Shown: positions 16,756 through 25,703 of the stretch, one piece after another
Numbering within the stretch: position 1 is the stretch's first letter
How the letters are laid out: each line of letters opens with the position of its first letter
NCBI GenBank assembly: GCA_021851265.1
Contig: JAJZIG010000001.1
Span: forward strand, 84 to 64,083
Reading direction: 5' to 3'
Origin: an archaeon
GTDB taxonomy: Archaea > Thermoproteota > Nitrososphaeria > Nitrososphaerales > Gagatemarchaeaceae
DNA length: 64,000 bases
Made by a program: the position numbers and the translations under genes
The notes under the pieces: model-generated
Seen by the model: only the letters and a program-made list of their open reading frames with translations
Told to the model about the DNA's origin: nothing
Databases searched by the model: none

Positions 16756-17598
16756 ATGAAGACTGATGGAGTCGCGTTTCAGGGAGCGCACGGAGCCTAC
16801 AGCGAGGAAGCCATCCGCCAGCACTTCGGGGCCAAGAGAGACACCGTCCCCTGCAGGACCATCTCTGAGGTGTTCAACTTGGTCGAGACGGGGGAGGTGA
16901 AGTACGGCGTGGTTCCCGTGGAGAACTCTACCGAGGGGAGCGTCAACGAGACCTACGACTCCCTCATAACGACTCCCACGAAGATAGCCGGCGAGATAGT
17001 GCTGAGGGTGGTCCACTGCCTCGTCGCCCTACCTTCGACGTCCATCAGCGACGTGAGGGTGGTCTATTCTCATCCTCAGGCGCTGGCCCAGTGCAGGGGA
17101 TTCCTGGCCTCCATGGGTGCAGAGTTGAATGTCTCATATGATACGGCAGGCAGTGTAGAGATGATCAGAGACGACGGGAGAAGAGACGCGGCAGCGGTGG
17201 CCAGCAAGGCCGCGGCCCAGATCTACGGGATGAACGTGTTGAAGGAGGGGATTGAGGATAACGGGCGCAACTACACTAGGTTCCTGGTGATAACGACCGA
17301 GGAGAGCGAGAGGTCGCCGGAGAGCAAGACCTCCGTCATCTTCTCGGCGCCGCACACCCCGGGTTCGCTGTACGCTGCCCTCGAGGCTTTTGCGAGGCAG
17401 GGGGTCAACCTGACCAAGATCGAGTCCAGGCCCACCAGACAACGTCCATGGGAGTACTATTTCTTCTTGGACTTCGAGGGGCACCGGGACGCCGCGACCC
17501 AGAAGGAGGCGCTGCGTGACCTCGTCAAGAGGACCACATTCCTCAAGGTGCTCGGCTCGTACCCCAAGGCGAGAGTCGAACAAGCGAGTGGGGCCTGA
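16756..17598 (+). CDS. pheA: Prephenate dehydratase (PDT + ACT domains, no chorismate mutase domain)
   Basis: AFQGAHGAYSEEA, VPVENSTEGSV, ACT region TSVIFSAPHTPGSLYAALEAFARQGVNLTKIESRP. Confidence 0.85.
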   Translation: MKTDGVAFQGAHGAYSEEAIRQHFGAKRDTVPCRTISEVFNLVETGEVKYGVVPVENSTEGSVNETYDSLITTPTKIAGEIVLRVVHCLVALPSTSISDVRVVYSHPQALAQCRGFLASMGAELNVSYDTAGSVEMIRDDGRRDAAAVASKAAAQIYGMNVLKEGIEDNGRNYTRFLVITTEESERSPESKTSVIFSAPHTPGSLYAALEAFARQGVNLTKIESRPTRQRPWEYYFFLDFEGHRDAATQKEALRDLVKRTTFLKVLGSYPKARVEQASGA

Positions 17599-17943
17599 AG
17601 GCACGAGCAGGTGTCAGATCGCAGCCGTCCGAGGTATGACCTGCATTCCAAACCATCAAAGGGAGCTTCTAGGGTTCTGCGCCTCTGGTTGGGCGAGACC
17701 ACGGAATGGGCTCTTTGGCCCATGAGACGGGACCACCAGGGCGGGGACGAACAGGGACCGAACAGTGTACATCTTCGTGCACCAATTCATAAATAGGCCG
17801 GGGGTGGCGTTAAACCCGCGAGAAACTTGAAGAATGCCATTACACGGGCTGAACGCCCCGCCTACTGGACCGTGTTTGGCTTTTTCGGCTATAGCTGGTA
17901 AGAATCCTTTCCAGCTCTATCAACACTGGGGGATTCTAGTTCA

Positions 17944-19167
17944 ATGAATAAGAGTGAATTTAGTGAAATCGTCGTAATCAAGTTCGGAGGGTCGGTGCTA
18001 GACGACGGCCAAGCTATCGGCCAGGCAGCCGCGCTCATAACCCGCATCCTCGGAAAGGGGGTCGGGGTGGTCGTGGTGGTCTCGGCGATGAAGGGGGTAA
18101 CTGATAACCTCCTCACGCTCTCCAGGGGCGTCAACCCGAACATGGAGGCGTCCCTCGTGGACGAGCTCCTCTCGTCGGGGGAAAAGACCAGCGCCAGGCT
18201 CGTGGCGGCGTCCCTGGCCCAACACGGCCTCAGGCCAGTCGTGATAGACACTGACACCCCGGGCTGGCCGATCATCACCGACGACAGGCACCAGGATGCC
18301 AATCCCATCATGGATATCACTCGCCAGCGGAGCAGGGAGGCCCTGCTCCCAATAATCGAGCGGGGTGAAATCCCCATCGTGTGCGGGTTCCTTGGCCGGA
18401 CTACGACAGGGAAGGTGACCACCCTCGGGCGAGGCGGAAGCGACACCACCGCGGTCCTGCTGGGAAACTGCCTCGGCTCGAGAGAGGTCGTGCTCATCAA
18501 GGACGTCGACGGTGTCTTCTCAAGCGACCCCGGGAAGGTGAAGAACCCCCGGCTGATCGAGAGCCTGAACGGCGAAGAGGCCGAACTACTCGCGGCAGGC
18601 GGGGCGAAGTTCCTCCACTTGAAGGCCCTGAGCTACCAGACGCCGGGACTCAAAATCAGGGTGACCAGCCTGCAGAAGCTCGACGCCGGGACGGTCATCG
18701 AGGGGGACATCCCAGAGACCAAGGTGGAGGTCGCACATGTGGAGACCTCGATGGTGACCATCGTCGGAGTAGACCCCACCCGCATCGAGTCTGTCCTGGC
18801 GATTGTCAACACGATAAGGGAGTGCAACGCGAGAATACTTGCTCTCTCACTCGAGCCTGCCTCGGTGATTTTCTACGTCTGCGGAGGCCAAGAGGTGCTC
18901 GACCGTGTCCATCATGTCCTCGTCGGAGAGAAGATAGGCAAAGCGGTGTCGTCCTTCGACGGCCTGGCCATGATTTCAATCCGAGGGAAGGCGCTAGAGA
19001 CCCAGCCGGGAATAGTTCAGCGGGTGACCCAGCCGCTGGCGAGGTCGGGCATCAACCTGTTCGGCATCGTCACAATCCAGTCGTCGGTCCGGATGTTCGT
19101 GTCAGCGGACCAGGCCCAGCGGGCGTCCAAGCTGGTCAAGGAAGCGATGATGGTGGGGGAGCAATGA
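17944..19167 (+). CDS. lysC: Aspartate kinase with C-terminal ACT domains
   Basis: VIKFGGSVL, VVVVSAMKGVTD, LGRGGSDTTA. Confidence 0.85.
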   Translation: MNKSEFSEIVVIKFGGSVLDDGQAIGQAAALITRILGKGVGVVVVVSAMKGVTDNLLTLSRGVNPNMEASLVDELLSSGEKTSARLVAASLAQHGLRPVVIDTDTPGWPIITDDRHQDANPIMDITRQRSREALLPIIERGEIPIVCGFLGRTTTGKVTTLGRGGSDTTAVLLGNCLGSREVVLIKDVDGVFSSDPGKVKNPRLIESLNGEEAELLAAGGAKFLHLKALSYQTPGLKIRVTSLQKLDAGTVIEGDIPETKVEVAHVETSMVTIVGVDPTRIESVLAIVNTIRECNARILALSLEPASVIFYVCGGQEVLDRVHHVLVGEKIGKAVSSFDGLAMISIRGKALETQPGIVQRVTQPLARSGINLFGIVTIQSSVRMFVSADQAQRASKLVKEAMMVGEQ

Positions 19168-20228
19168 CCAAGCTCAGGGCTGCGCTGCTGGGGTCGACCG
19201 GAGCAGTAGGCCAGAGGTATCTCGCGATGCTGAGCCGCCACCCCACCATCGAACTCGACATACTAATGGGAGGGGACTCAGCTGGCAGGGCCTACGGCGA
19301 AGCCGCACACTGGCTCAGCTCAGAGGACATACCGGAGAGGTTCGCGGACAGGAAGATACTCGCGACAGACCCACACAACGCCCAGGGGTGCGACGTCGTC
19401 TTCTCAGCGCTCCCCGCCGAAGCGGCCTCCACAGTCGAGCCAGAGTTCGCCAAGGCCGGCCTCACTGTGATAAGCGAAGCCAGCGCTCACAGGCTCGAGG
19501 AGGACGTCCCCCTAATGATCCCGGAAGTCAACCCGGACCACCTCGGGCTCCTGGGGTCCCAAAGGAAGAGGAGGGGGTGGAGCGGGTCCCTGGTCACGAC
19601 CCCCAACTGTACCGTCACCGGACTAGCCATGGTCCTCAAGCCTCTGTCGGACTCCTTCGTACTGAGACGCGCCATCGTGACGACAATGCAGGCGGTCTCG
19701 GGGGCTGGCTTTCCCGGCGTTCCTTCTCTGTTAATCACCGAGAACGTCATACCGTACATCAGAGGCGAGGAAGAGAAGGTAGCCGACGAGTCTAGGAAGA
19801 TTCTGGGGGCCCGGGAGGAAGGCAGGGTTCGCAGCGCCGACTTGCAGATCGCGATTTCATGCAACAGGGTCCCGGTCATCGACGGCCACGTCGAGACGCT
19901 GTACGCTGAGCTTGGCAGGGACCTCGAACCTGAAGACGCGGTGGACTGCCTGAACCGGTTCCGTGGCGAGCCTCAAGAGCTGGGTCTCCCCTCGGCACCA
20001 GGGCAGCCGGTCATCGTAAGGCCGGAGCCCGACAGGCCCCAGCCGCGCCTGGACCGACTCTCGGGCTCGGTCCCAGGCATGAGCGTGGTCGTGGGGAGGG
20101 TACGGAAGGGCCTCAGCCGCGACTCGATTCAACTAACGCTCGTTTCTCACAACACAATCAGAGGCGCCGCAGGCACAGCGGTGCTCACGGCCGAACTGAT
20201 GCATAGCAAGGGGCAGCTGGGGCGCTAG
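19164..20228 (+). CDS. asd: Aspartate-semialdehyde dehydrogenase
   Basis: Internal ATG of the 615-aa track ORF, in an ATGA overlap with the lysC stop. LLGSTGAVGQRY, TTPNCTVTG (active-site Cys), VSHNTIRGAAG. Confidence 0.9.
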   Translation: MTKLRAALLGSTGAVGQRYLAMLSRHPTIELDILMGGDSAGRAYGEAAHWLSSEDIPERFADRKILATDPHNAQGCDVVFSALPAEAASTVEPEFAKAGLTVISEASAHRLEEDVPLMIPEVNPDHLGLLGSQRKRRGWSGSLVTTPNCTVTGLAMVLKPLSDSFVLRRAIVTTMQAVSGAGFPGVPSLLITENVIPYIRGEEEKVADESRKILGAREEGRVRSADLQIAISCNRVPVIDGHVETLYAELGRDLEPEDAVDCLNRFRGEPQELGLPSAPGQPVIVRPEPDRPQPRLDRLSGSVPGMSVVVGRVRKGLSRDSIQLTLVSHNTIRGAAGTAVLTAELMHSKGQLGR

Positions 20229-20231
20229 GGG

Positions 20232-21023
20232 TTGGTCTCAGGCAAGGCGTTCAGGACTTCGAGGATCGTCGACCGAGGCAGGATGCTCTGTGTCCCCATG
20301 GACCACTCTATCACCAACGGTCCCATCAAGGGCCTCGAGGAGCCGGAGCTAACGATAAAATCGGTCGCCGAGGGGGGCGCGACCGCTTTCCTGGCCCACA
20401 AAGGCGTCCTGAAGGCCCTGAAGGAGGCGCCCTCCATAGTAATGATACTCCAGCTTTCTGCGAGTACTGCCTTCGGACCAGCTCCCAACCGGAAGGTGTT
20501 GGTATCATCCGTAGCGGAGGGTGTCAGGCTTGGAGCCGACGCCGTTTCCGTCCACATCAACATCGGTGCCAGGGAGGAGCCCGAGATGCTGGTTCAGCTC
20601 GGTGCGGTGGCGGACGAGTGCGACGCCCTGCAAGTCCCACTCATAGCCATGATGTACCCACGCGGAGAAGGGATTAAGGACCCGAACGACCCCGACACCA
20701 TCGCCCACGTGACCCGCATCGGCGCCGAAGCCGGGGCTGATATTGTCAAGACGGTTTACACCGGAAGCACCGAGACGTTCAGGCAGGTCGTCAGGAAGTG
20801 CCCCGCCCCTGTGGTGCTTGCGGGGGGGTCGAAGGTCGACTCCGACAGGGCCCTGCTCGAGATGGCGGATTCGGTCATGAGGGCAGGGGCGATGGGGGTG
20901 ACTTTCGGGAGGAATGTCTTCGGGCACGACAACCCTGTTGGCATTGTCAGGGCGCTGCGCGGGGTGGTAGTGGAAGGACTGTCCGTCGACAGCGCCATGG
21001 AGGCGCTCGACCATGCTGACTGA
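20232..21023 (+). CDS. aroA': 2-amino-3,7-dideoxy-D-threo-hept-6-ulosonate (ADH) synthase, DhnA-type class I aldolase
   Basis: RIVDRGRMLCVPMDHSITNGPIKGL resembles the MJ0400 family N-terminus. Its position is directly before DHQ synthase II. Confidence 0.8.
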   Translation: MVSGKAFRTSRIVDRGRMLCVPMDHSITNGPIKGLEEPELTIKSVAEGGATAFLAHKGVLKALKEAPSIVMILQLSASTAFGPAPNRKVLVSSVAEGVRLGADAVSVHINIGAREEPEMLVQLGAVADECDALQVPLIAMMYPRGEGIKDPNDPDTIAHVTRIGAEAGADIVKTVYTGSTETFRQVVRKCPAPVVLAGGSKVDSDRALLEMADSVMRAGAMGVTFGRNVFGHDNPVGIVRALRGVVVEGLSVDSAMEALDHAD

Positions 21024-22026
21024 AGACAAAGCGCTACTCCTCCACGTCTCAGGCCCCGAAATCTCCGAGCGCCTCCTCAACGACGCCGTTGCAGCAGGGG
21101 TGCGAGGGCTGGTCACAGACGGCCCACTCTCAACAGCAGTCCCGTTGAACGGGCTCCCTGTCTTCGAGATCTCTGAAGGCGAAGGAGAGAACAAGGCGAG
21201 GTGGATTAAGGTCGCCGGGGGAAGCGATCTCGACAGGGCGGTGGCCGCCAGCACGTCGCGTCTGGCCTTCGTCGTCGTCGAGTGCTCTGACTGGAAGATC
21301 ATCCCGTTGGAAAACCTCATCGCGGAATTCAGGCGCCGGGGACGCAGGCTCTACGCCTATGCCGACTCGAAGGAACAGATCGAGACCGCATTCGCCATCC
21401 TTGAGCGGGGGGTCGACGGCGTAGTCATCCCCCCTTCCTCTGTCGCCGAGGCCAGAGGGAACTCCGGCAGAACGACGAAGCTCGCCCTCGAACCTGCCGA
21501 GGTGACCAGGATAGTCGATGCGGGGGTCGGAGACCGCGCCTGCGTTGACACGACGTCGCAATTGGAGGTAGGGGAAGGAATGCTCGTCGGGAGCAAGGGT
21601 GGGTTCTTCTTCCTTGTGCACGGGGAGACGATACCATCGGAGTACATCGCCACCCGGCCATTCCGGGTGAACGCGGGTGCGGTGCACAGCTATACCCTGA
21701 CCACAGACGGGAAGACGAGGTACCTGTCGGAAATTGAGCCTCCAGACAGGGTTACCATCGTGAGTAGCAGCGGGGCCAGCAGGGAAGCGTCGGTGGGGAG
21801 GGTCAAGATAGAGCGGCGGCCGCTGGTGCTCGTGGATGCTAGGTCAGGGACCGGTTCTGGGGCGGTGATACTCCAGAAAGCCGAGACAATCCGCCTGATG
21901 CGCCCAGGCGGGGATGCGGTCTCGGTGACCGAGCTCAAGATAGGTGACGTTGTCTTGGTTCACACCGAAACGGCCAGGGCTAGGCATTTCGGGGTAGAGG
22001 TGGACGAACATATCGACGAAAAGTAG
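21013..22026 (+). CDS. aroB': 3-dehydroquinate synthase type II (archaeal)
   Basis: VVVECSDWKIIPLENLIAEF, GDRACVDTTS, RPFRVNAGAVHSY. Confidence 0.85.
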   Translation: MLTEDKALLLHVSGPEISERLLNDAVAAGVRGLVTDGPLSTAVPLNGLPVFEISEGEGENKARWIKVAGGSDLDRAVAASTSRLAFVVVECSDWKIIPLENLIAEFRRRGRRLYAYADSKEQIETAFAILERGVDGVVIPPSSVAEARGNSGRTTKLALEPAEVTRIVDAGVGDRACVDTTSQLEVGEGMLVGSKGGFFFLVHGETIPSEYIATRPFRVNAGAVHSYTLTTDGKTRYLSEIEPPDRVTIVSSSGASREASVGRVKIERRPLVLVDARSGTGSGAVILQKAETIRLMRPGGDAVSVTELKIGDVVLVHTETARARHFGVEVDEHIDEK

Positions 22027-22051
22027 GGCCCTGGAGCTCGTCGCGGCCCCC

Positions 22052-22729
22052 ATGGAGGGTCGGACGACGATGGTGTGCACGTCCGTGCGGGCGAAGACCC
22101 CGGCCGAACAGAGGGTCAAAGCACAGAGAGCGTTCGACTCGGGGACAGATCTCGTCGAGTTCAGACTGGATTCGCTCAGGCCGTTCCCGTCAAAGGCACC
22201 GGAGCTCTCAGAATTCCTGGGTAGGGCGATACTCACCGTGAGGTCCAGGAGCGAAGGGGGATGCTTCGAGGGGAGGGAGCCAGACCGCTTGGACGCCATC
22301 AGAGTCGCCTGCGAACTGAGGCCCGCCTACGTCGACGTCGAGCTCCGGACACTCAAGGCAAATCCTGACATGGTCTCGGAGCTGGCAGGTCAGAAGCTCA
22401 TCGTCTCATGGCACGACTGCCTCCGGACTCCTCCCAAGGCTCGCCTAGCTTCTATCCTCGCGGACGCACGGGCTTTCGGGGGCCTCGCCAAACTGGTCCC
22501 CACCGCCCGCCAGGCATCGGACAACCTCGCTGTCCTTTCCCTGTATGACGGTCAGCCTCCAGCACCGATAGCATTCTGCATGGGTGAAGCGGGCGTACTT
22601 TCGAGGGTCATGGCGATAGAACGGCGGACCCCCATCGCCTATGCTTCCCTCCCCGGGGAGCAGACAGCCCCTGGACAGCTCACCCTATCCAAACTCCTGA
22701 CAGCGCGGAGGCGGCTGGGACACGACTGA
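22052..22729 (+). CDS. aroD: 3-dehydroquinate dehydratase, type I
   Basis: GTDLVEFRLDSL; size and context. Confidence 0.8.
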   Translation: MEGRTTMVCTSVRAKTPAEQRVKAQRAFDSGTDLVEFRLDSLRPFPSKAPELSEFLGRAILTVRSRSEGGCFEGREPDRLDAIRVACELRPAYVDVELRTLKANPDMVSELAGQKLIVSWHDCLRTPPKARLASILADARAFGGLAKLVPTARQASDNLAVLSLYDGQPPAPIAFCMGEAGVLSRVMAIERRTPIAYASLPGEQTAPGQLTLSKLLTARRRLGHD

Positions 22730-22739
22730 CCGGTACCTA

Positions 22740-23555
22740 CTGCTGGGCGAGGATGTAGGCGAGTCGCCTTCTCCCAGCATGATGAACGCGGCCTTCGATG
22801 CCATGTGCATAGACGCGAAGTACGAAGCCATCAGCGTTCCGCCCTCTGGCCTGAGCGACGCCTTCAGGAGGCTCAGGGACAACGGGGTCAGGGGCCTGAA
22901 TGTCACCATGCCCCACAAGGCGTCGATGGCGCATCTACTCGACTCGCTCGATGATGTCTCGGCCAGCGTTGGTGCGGTGAACACAGTGAACGCGGAGCGA
23001 GGGGGATACCGGGGGTACAACACCGACGTCGATGGAATCCTCGTGCCGCTCGCAGTCCGCAGCCTCTCGCCGTTCCGTCATGCCGTCGCCCTTGGGACCG
23101 GAGGCGCGGCCAGGGCTTTCTGCGCTGCCGTACATCGGACGGGGTCCCATTCGCTGACGTTCCTGTCGAGGAATCCCGAGAAGGCACAAGTCTTCCTGGA
23201 TGGCCTGACGGCAGCTTTCCCGGCCATGGACCTGCAGGTTGCTTCGTACCGCGATGCCCGGTCCCAGCGCCCCGACCTGGTCTTCAACGCCTCGCCGGCC
23301 GGCTCAGGGGGGAGACCACTTCCAATCGAAGTAGCGTTCCTGCTGGATTCGAGACCCGTCGTGTTCGACGCGGTCTACTCTCCGGCGGAGACTGAGCTGA
23401 CGCGACTAGCCTCGGCCAGAGGCTGCATGACCATCCACGGGCGTGAAATGCTCCTTGCCCAGGCCATCAAGGCGCTGGAGATATGGACGGGGAGGTCATG
23501 CCCCACAGAACCGGTGAGGGAAGCGCTCTTTGCCTCGCTGGAGGCGGCGACTTGA
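22740..23555 (+). CDS. aroE: Shikimate 5-dehydrogenase (start unresolved: CTG 22740, ATG 22779, or a frameshifted CTG at 22726)
   Basis: SPSPSMMNAAF, NVTMPHK, NTDVDG. The conserved YLLLGEDVGESPSP lies upstream of the first ATG/GTG/TTG. Confidence 0.8.
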   Translation: MLGEDVGESPSPSMMNAAFDAMCIDAKYEAISVPPSGLSDAFRRLRDNGVRGLNVTMPHKASMAHLLDSLDDVSASVGAVNTVNAERGGYRGYNTDVDGILVPLAVRSLSPFRHAVALGTGGAARAFCAAVHRTGSHSLTFLSRNPEKAQVFLDGLTAAFPAMDLQVASYRDARSQRPDLVFNASPAGSGGRPLPIEVAFLLDSRPVVFDAVYSPAETELTRLASARGCMTIHGREMLLAQAIKALEIWTGRSCPTEPVREALFASLEAAT

Positions 23556-24424
23556 TCGGGAGGGCCACCGCCATGGGCGCGGTGAGCGTAGTCAACGCGA
23601 TAGCGAGCGGCCGCGGAGCCTCGCTCGCGGTAGACCTGCCCACGACCGCCAGAGTCACCATCCGCGAAGAGCGCGGTGGGTGGACGGAGTCGACCAACGG
23701 CAGCCCTGCCACTTCCACACTGCTTCAGCGGACGGTGAGGAATGCCATCAGGATTCTGGGGGAAAACCCAGAGAGATACTCAGGCAGGGTCGAGACCGAG
23801 ACATCAGCCCCAGTGGGCGTAGGTCTCAAGACGTCTTCCTCCTCGTCGGTTGCGGCCGCCCTGGCGACCTTTTCCGCCTTCGGGAGACCTGACTATGAAC
23901 CGAAGGAAGTCCTCGAGTGCAGCGTTTCGGCTTCCCTCGCCAGCGGGACAAGCATCACCGGGGCGATGGACGACGCGGCGGCATGCCTCCTAGGAGGCGG
24001 AGTTCTTACCAATAATCGTTCGAACCACATCGTCGCCACAGTCAGGCTGGGGACGCCTCTGGTCGTCCTCATCAGGGTCCCACATGACGGGAGCAGACGG
24101 GCTTCGGTCCGCACGGCTGAGATAAGGCGCTTCGCAAAGTTGGCGGATTCGGCCTTCGACCAGGCCATGCGGGGCGGAATCTGGAAGGCAATGATCCTGA
24201 ACGGGCTGCTCTACAGCGCGATCTACGGCTATCCGAACTCCGATGCCTTTGAAGCACTGGAGAGCGGAGCCTTGGGCGCCGGTCTCTCGGGGACAGGCCC
24301 CGCCGTGGCTTGCGTGTTCGACGACGCCGCGAAAGCAGACAGGCTTGAGAGCAACTGGAAGGAGGACGGGGGCGTGACGATCAGGACCGAGACCTGCAAC
24401 GGAGGGGCTACGATTGGTCACTAG
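23552..24424 (+). CDS. aroK: Archaeal GHMP-type shikimate kinase
   Basis: PVGVGLKTSSSSSVAAALA (GHMP motif), GAGLSGTGPAV. The TTG start is in a TTGA overlap with the aroE stop. Confidence 0.8.
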   Translation: MIGRATAMGAVSVVNAIASGRGASLAVDLPTTARVTIREERGGWTESTNGSPATSTLLQRTVRNAIRILGENPERYSGRVETETSAPVGVGLKTSSSSSVAAALATFSAFGRPDYEPKEVLECSVSASLASGTSITGAMDDAAACLLGGGVLTNNRSNHIVATVRLGTPLVVLIRVPHDGSRRASVRTAEIRRFAKLADSAFDQAMRGGIWKAMILNGLLYSAIYGYPNSDAFEALESGALGAGLSGTGPAVACVFDDAAKADRLESNWKEDGGVTIRTETCNGGATIGH

Positions 24425-25703
24425 GGCGACACTGGTCCCCCGCGGGCCGCTCGGCGGGAGCGTCAGGGTCCCTCCCAGCAAGAGCTACACCCACAGGTCC
24501 GTGCTCATGGCCAGCCTTTCGCCGGGGGAGAGCCTGGTCGAGAACCCCCTCCACTCCAGGGACACCATCGCCACCTTCGAGGCGTGCAGGGCTATGGGCG
24601 CCGAGGTTACAGACTCCGAGTCCGGGCTCGTCATAGCGGGGACAGAACCCAGGGCGGCGGCGAAGGAGGTGAACGTCGAGAACTCGGGGACGACATTGAG
24701 GTTCATGACTTCAGTCTTCGCCCTTCCCCTTCGAGGGAGAACTGTGCTCACGGGGGACGCGAGCGTTCGCCAGAGGCCGATGCAGGGTCTCCTCGATGCC
24801 CTCGTCCAGCTCGGGGCAGTAGCGAGCTCTGCCGCTGGGAACGGCTGCGCCCCCATCGTAGTCGGAGAGGGCGGGATGCGTGGAGGCCAGGCCAGGCTCC
24901 GTGGGGACGTTTCATCACAATTCGTCTCTTCGATCCTCATATCCGCGCCGCTGGCGAGAGAAGACTCACACCTGACGGTCATTGACCCGGTCTCGAGGCC
25001 CTACATCGACGCGACCCTGAAGCTCTCCGAGCTACACGGCATACACATCGAACGGGACGGCTATGGGAGCTTCGGAATTCATGCGGCCCAGCAGTACCGC
25101 CCCGCCGACTTCGTCGTCCCCGCCGACTTCAGCTCCGCAGCTTTCGTCATGGCCGCGGCCGCCCTGGCGGGGGGAAAGATTGAGCTCCTGGGTCTTGGGG
25201 GCGAGCTCCCTCAGGCCGACTCCGCGATCCTGAAGATACTCGGTGACCTCGGGGTAAGGGTCGAACGCAGGTCAGATTCTGTGGTCGTGAGCGCCCACGG
25301 CGACAGCCTCAAGGGAGGGTCTTTCTACCTGGGAGACTCTCCCGACCTGTTGCCCGTACTTGCCGCCTTAGCCCTGAGGTGCGAAGAGCCGCTGGCGATA
25401 GATGGGGTCGCTCACGCGCGTCTGAAAGAGACTGACAGGGTCAGCGTCCTGACGAAGGAACTCTCGAAGATAGGGGCGAGAATCGAAGAACGCCCCGACG
25501 GGATGACGATAACGAGGCCCCGCGAGTTCACCCGCTCTCATCTGGATGCCCACGACGACCACAGGATGTTCATGGCGCTCACTCTGGCATCACTTATCGT
25601 ACCAGGGGGAGTCCCCGTGATTGGAGTGAAGAGCCTCGACGTGTCCTATCCCGGCTTCCTCTCTGACATGGAACAGATTGGCATCGGGGTTGCTTTGGAT
25701 TGA
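24414..25703 (+). CDS. aroA: 3-phosphoshikimate 1-carboxyvinyltransferase (EPSP synthase)
   Basis: VPPSKSYTHR, VENSGTTLRF, DHRMFMAL. Confidence 0.9.
   Translation: MVTRATLVPRGPLGGSVRVPPSKSYTHRSVLMASLSPGESLVENPLHSRDTIATFEACRAMGAEVTDSESGLVIAGTEPRAAAKEVNVENSGTTLRFMTSVFALPLRGRTVLTGDASVRQRPMQGLLDALVQLGAVASSAAGNGCAPIVVGEGGMRGGQARLRGDVSSQFVSSILISAPLAREDSHLTVIDPVSRPYIDATLKLSELHGIHIERDGYGSFGIHAAQQYRPADFVVPADFSSAAFVMAAAALAGGKIELLGLGGELPQADSAILKILGDLGVRVERRSDSVVVSAHGDSLKGGSFYLGDSPDLLPVLAALALRCEEPLAIDGVAHARLKETDRVSVLTKELSKIGARIEERPDGMTITRPREFTRSHLDAHDDHRMFMALTLASLIVPGGVPVIGVKSLDVSYPGFLSDMEQIGIGVALD

Noticed and set aside
18381-19163. N-terminal 260 aa of the 615-aa track ORF ending at 20228
   Set aside because: It is R/G/P-rich and out of frame over lysC. 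The Asd sequence begins at the internal ATG 19164 (MTKLRAALLGSTGAVGQ), which overlaps the lysC stop.
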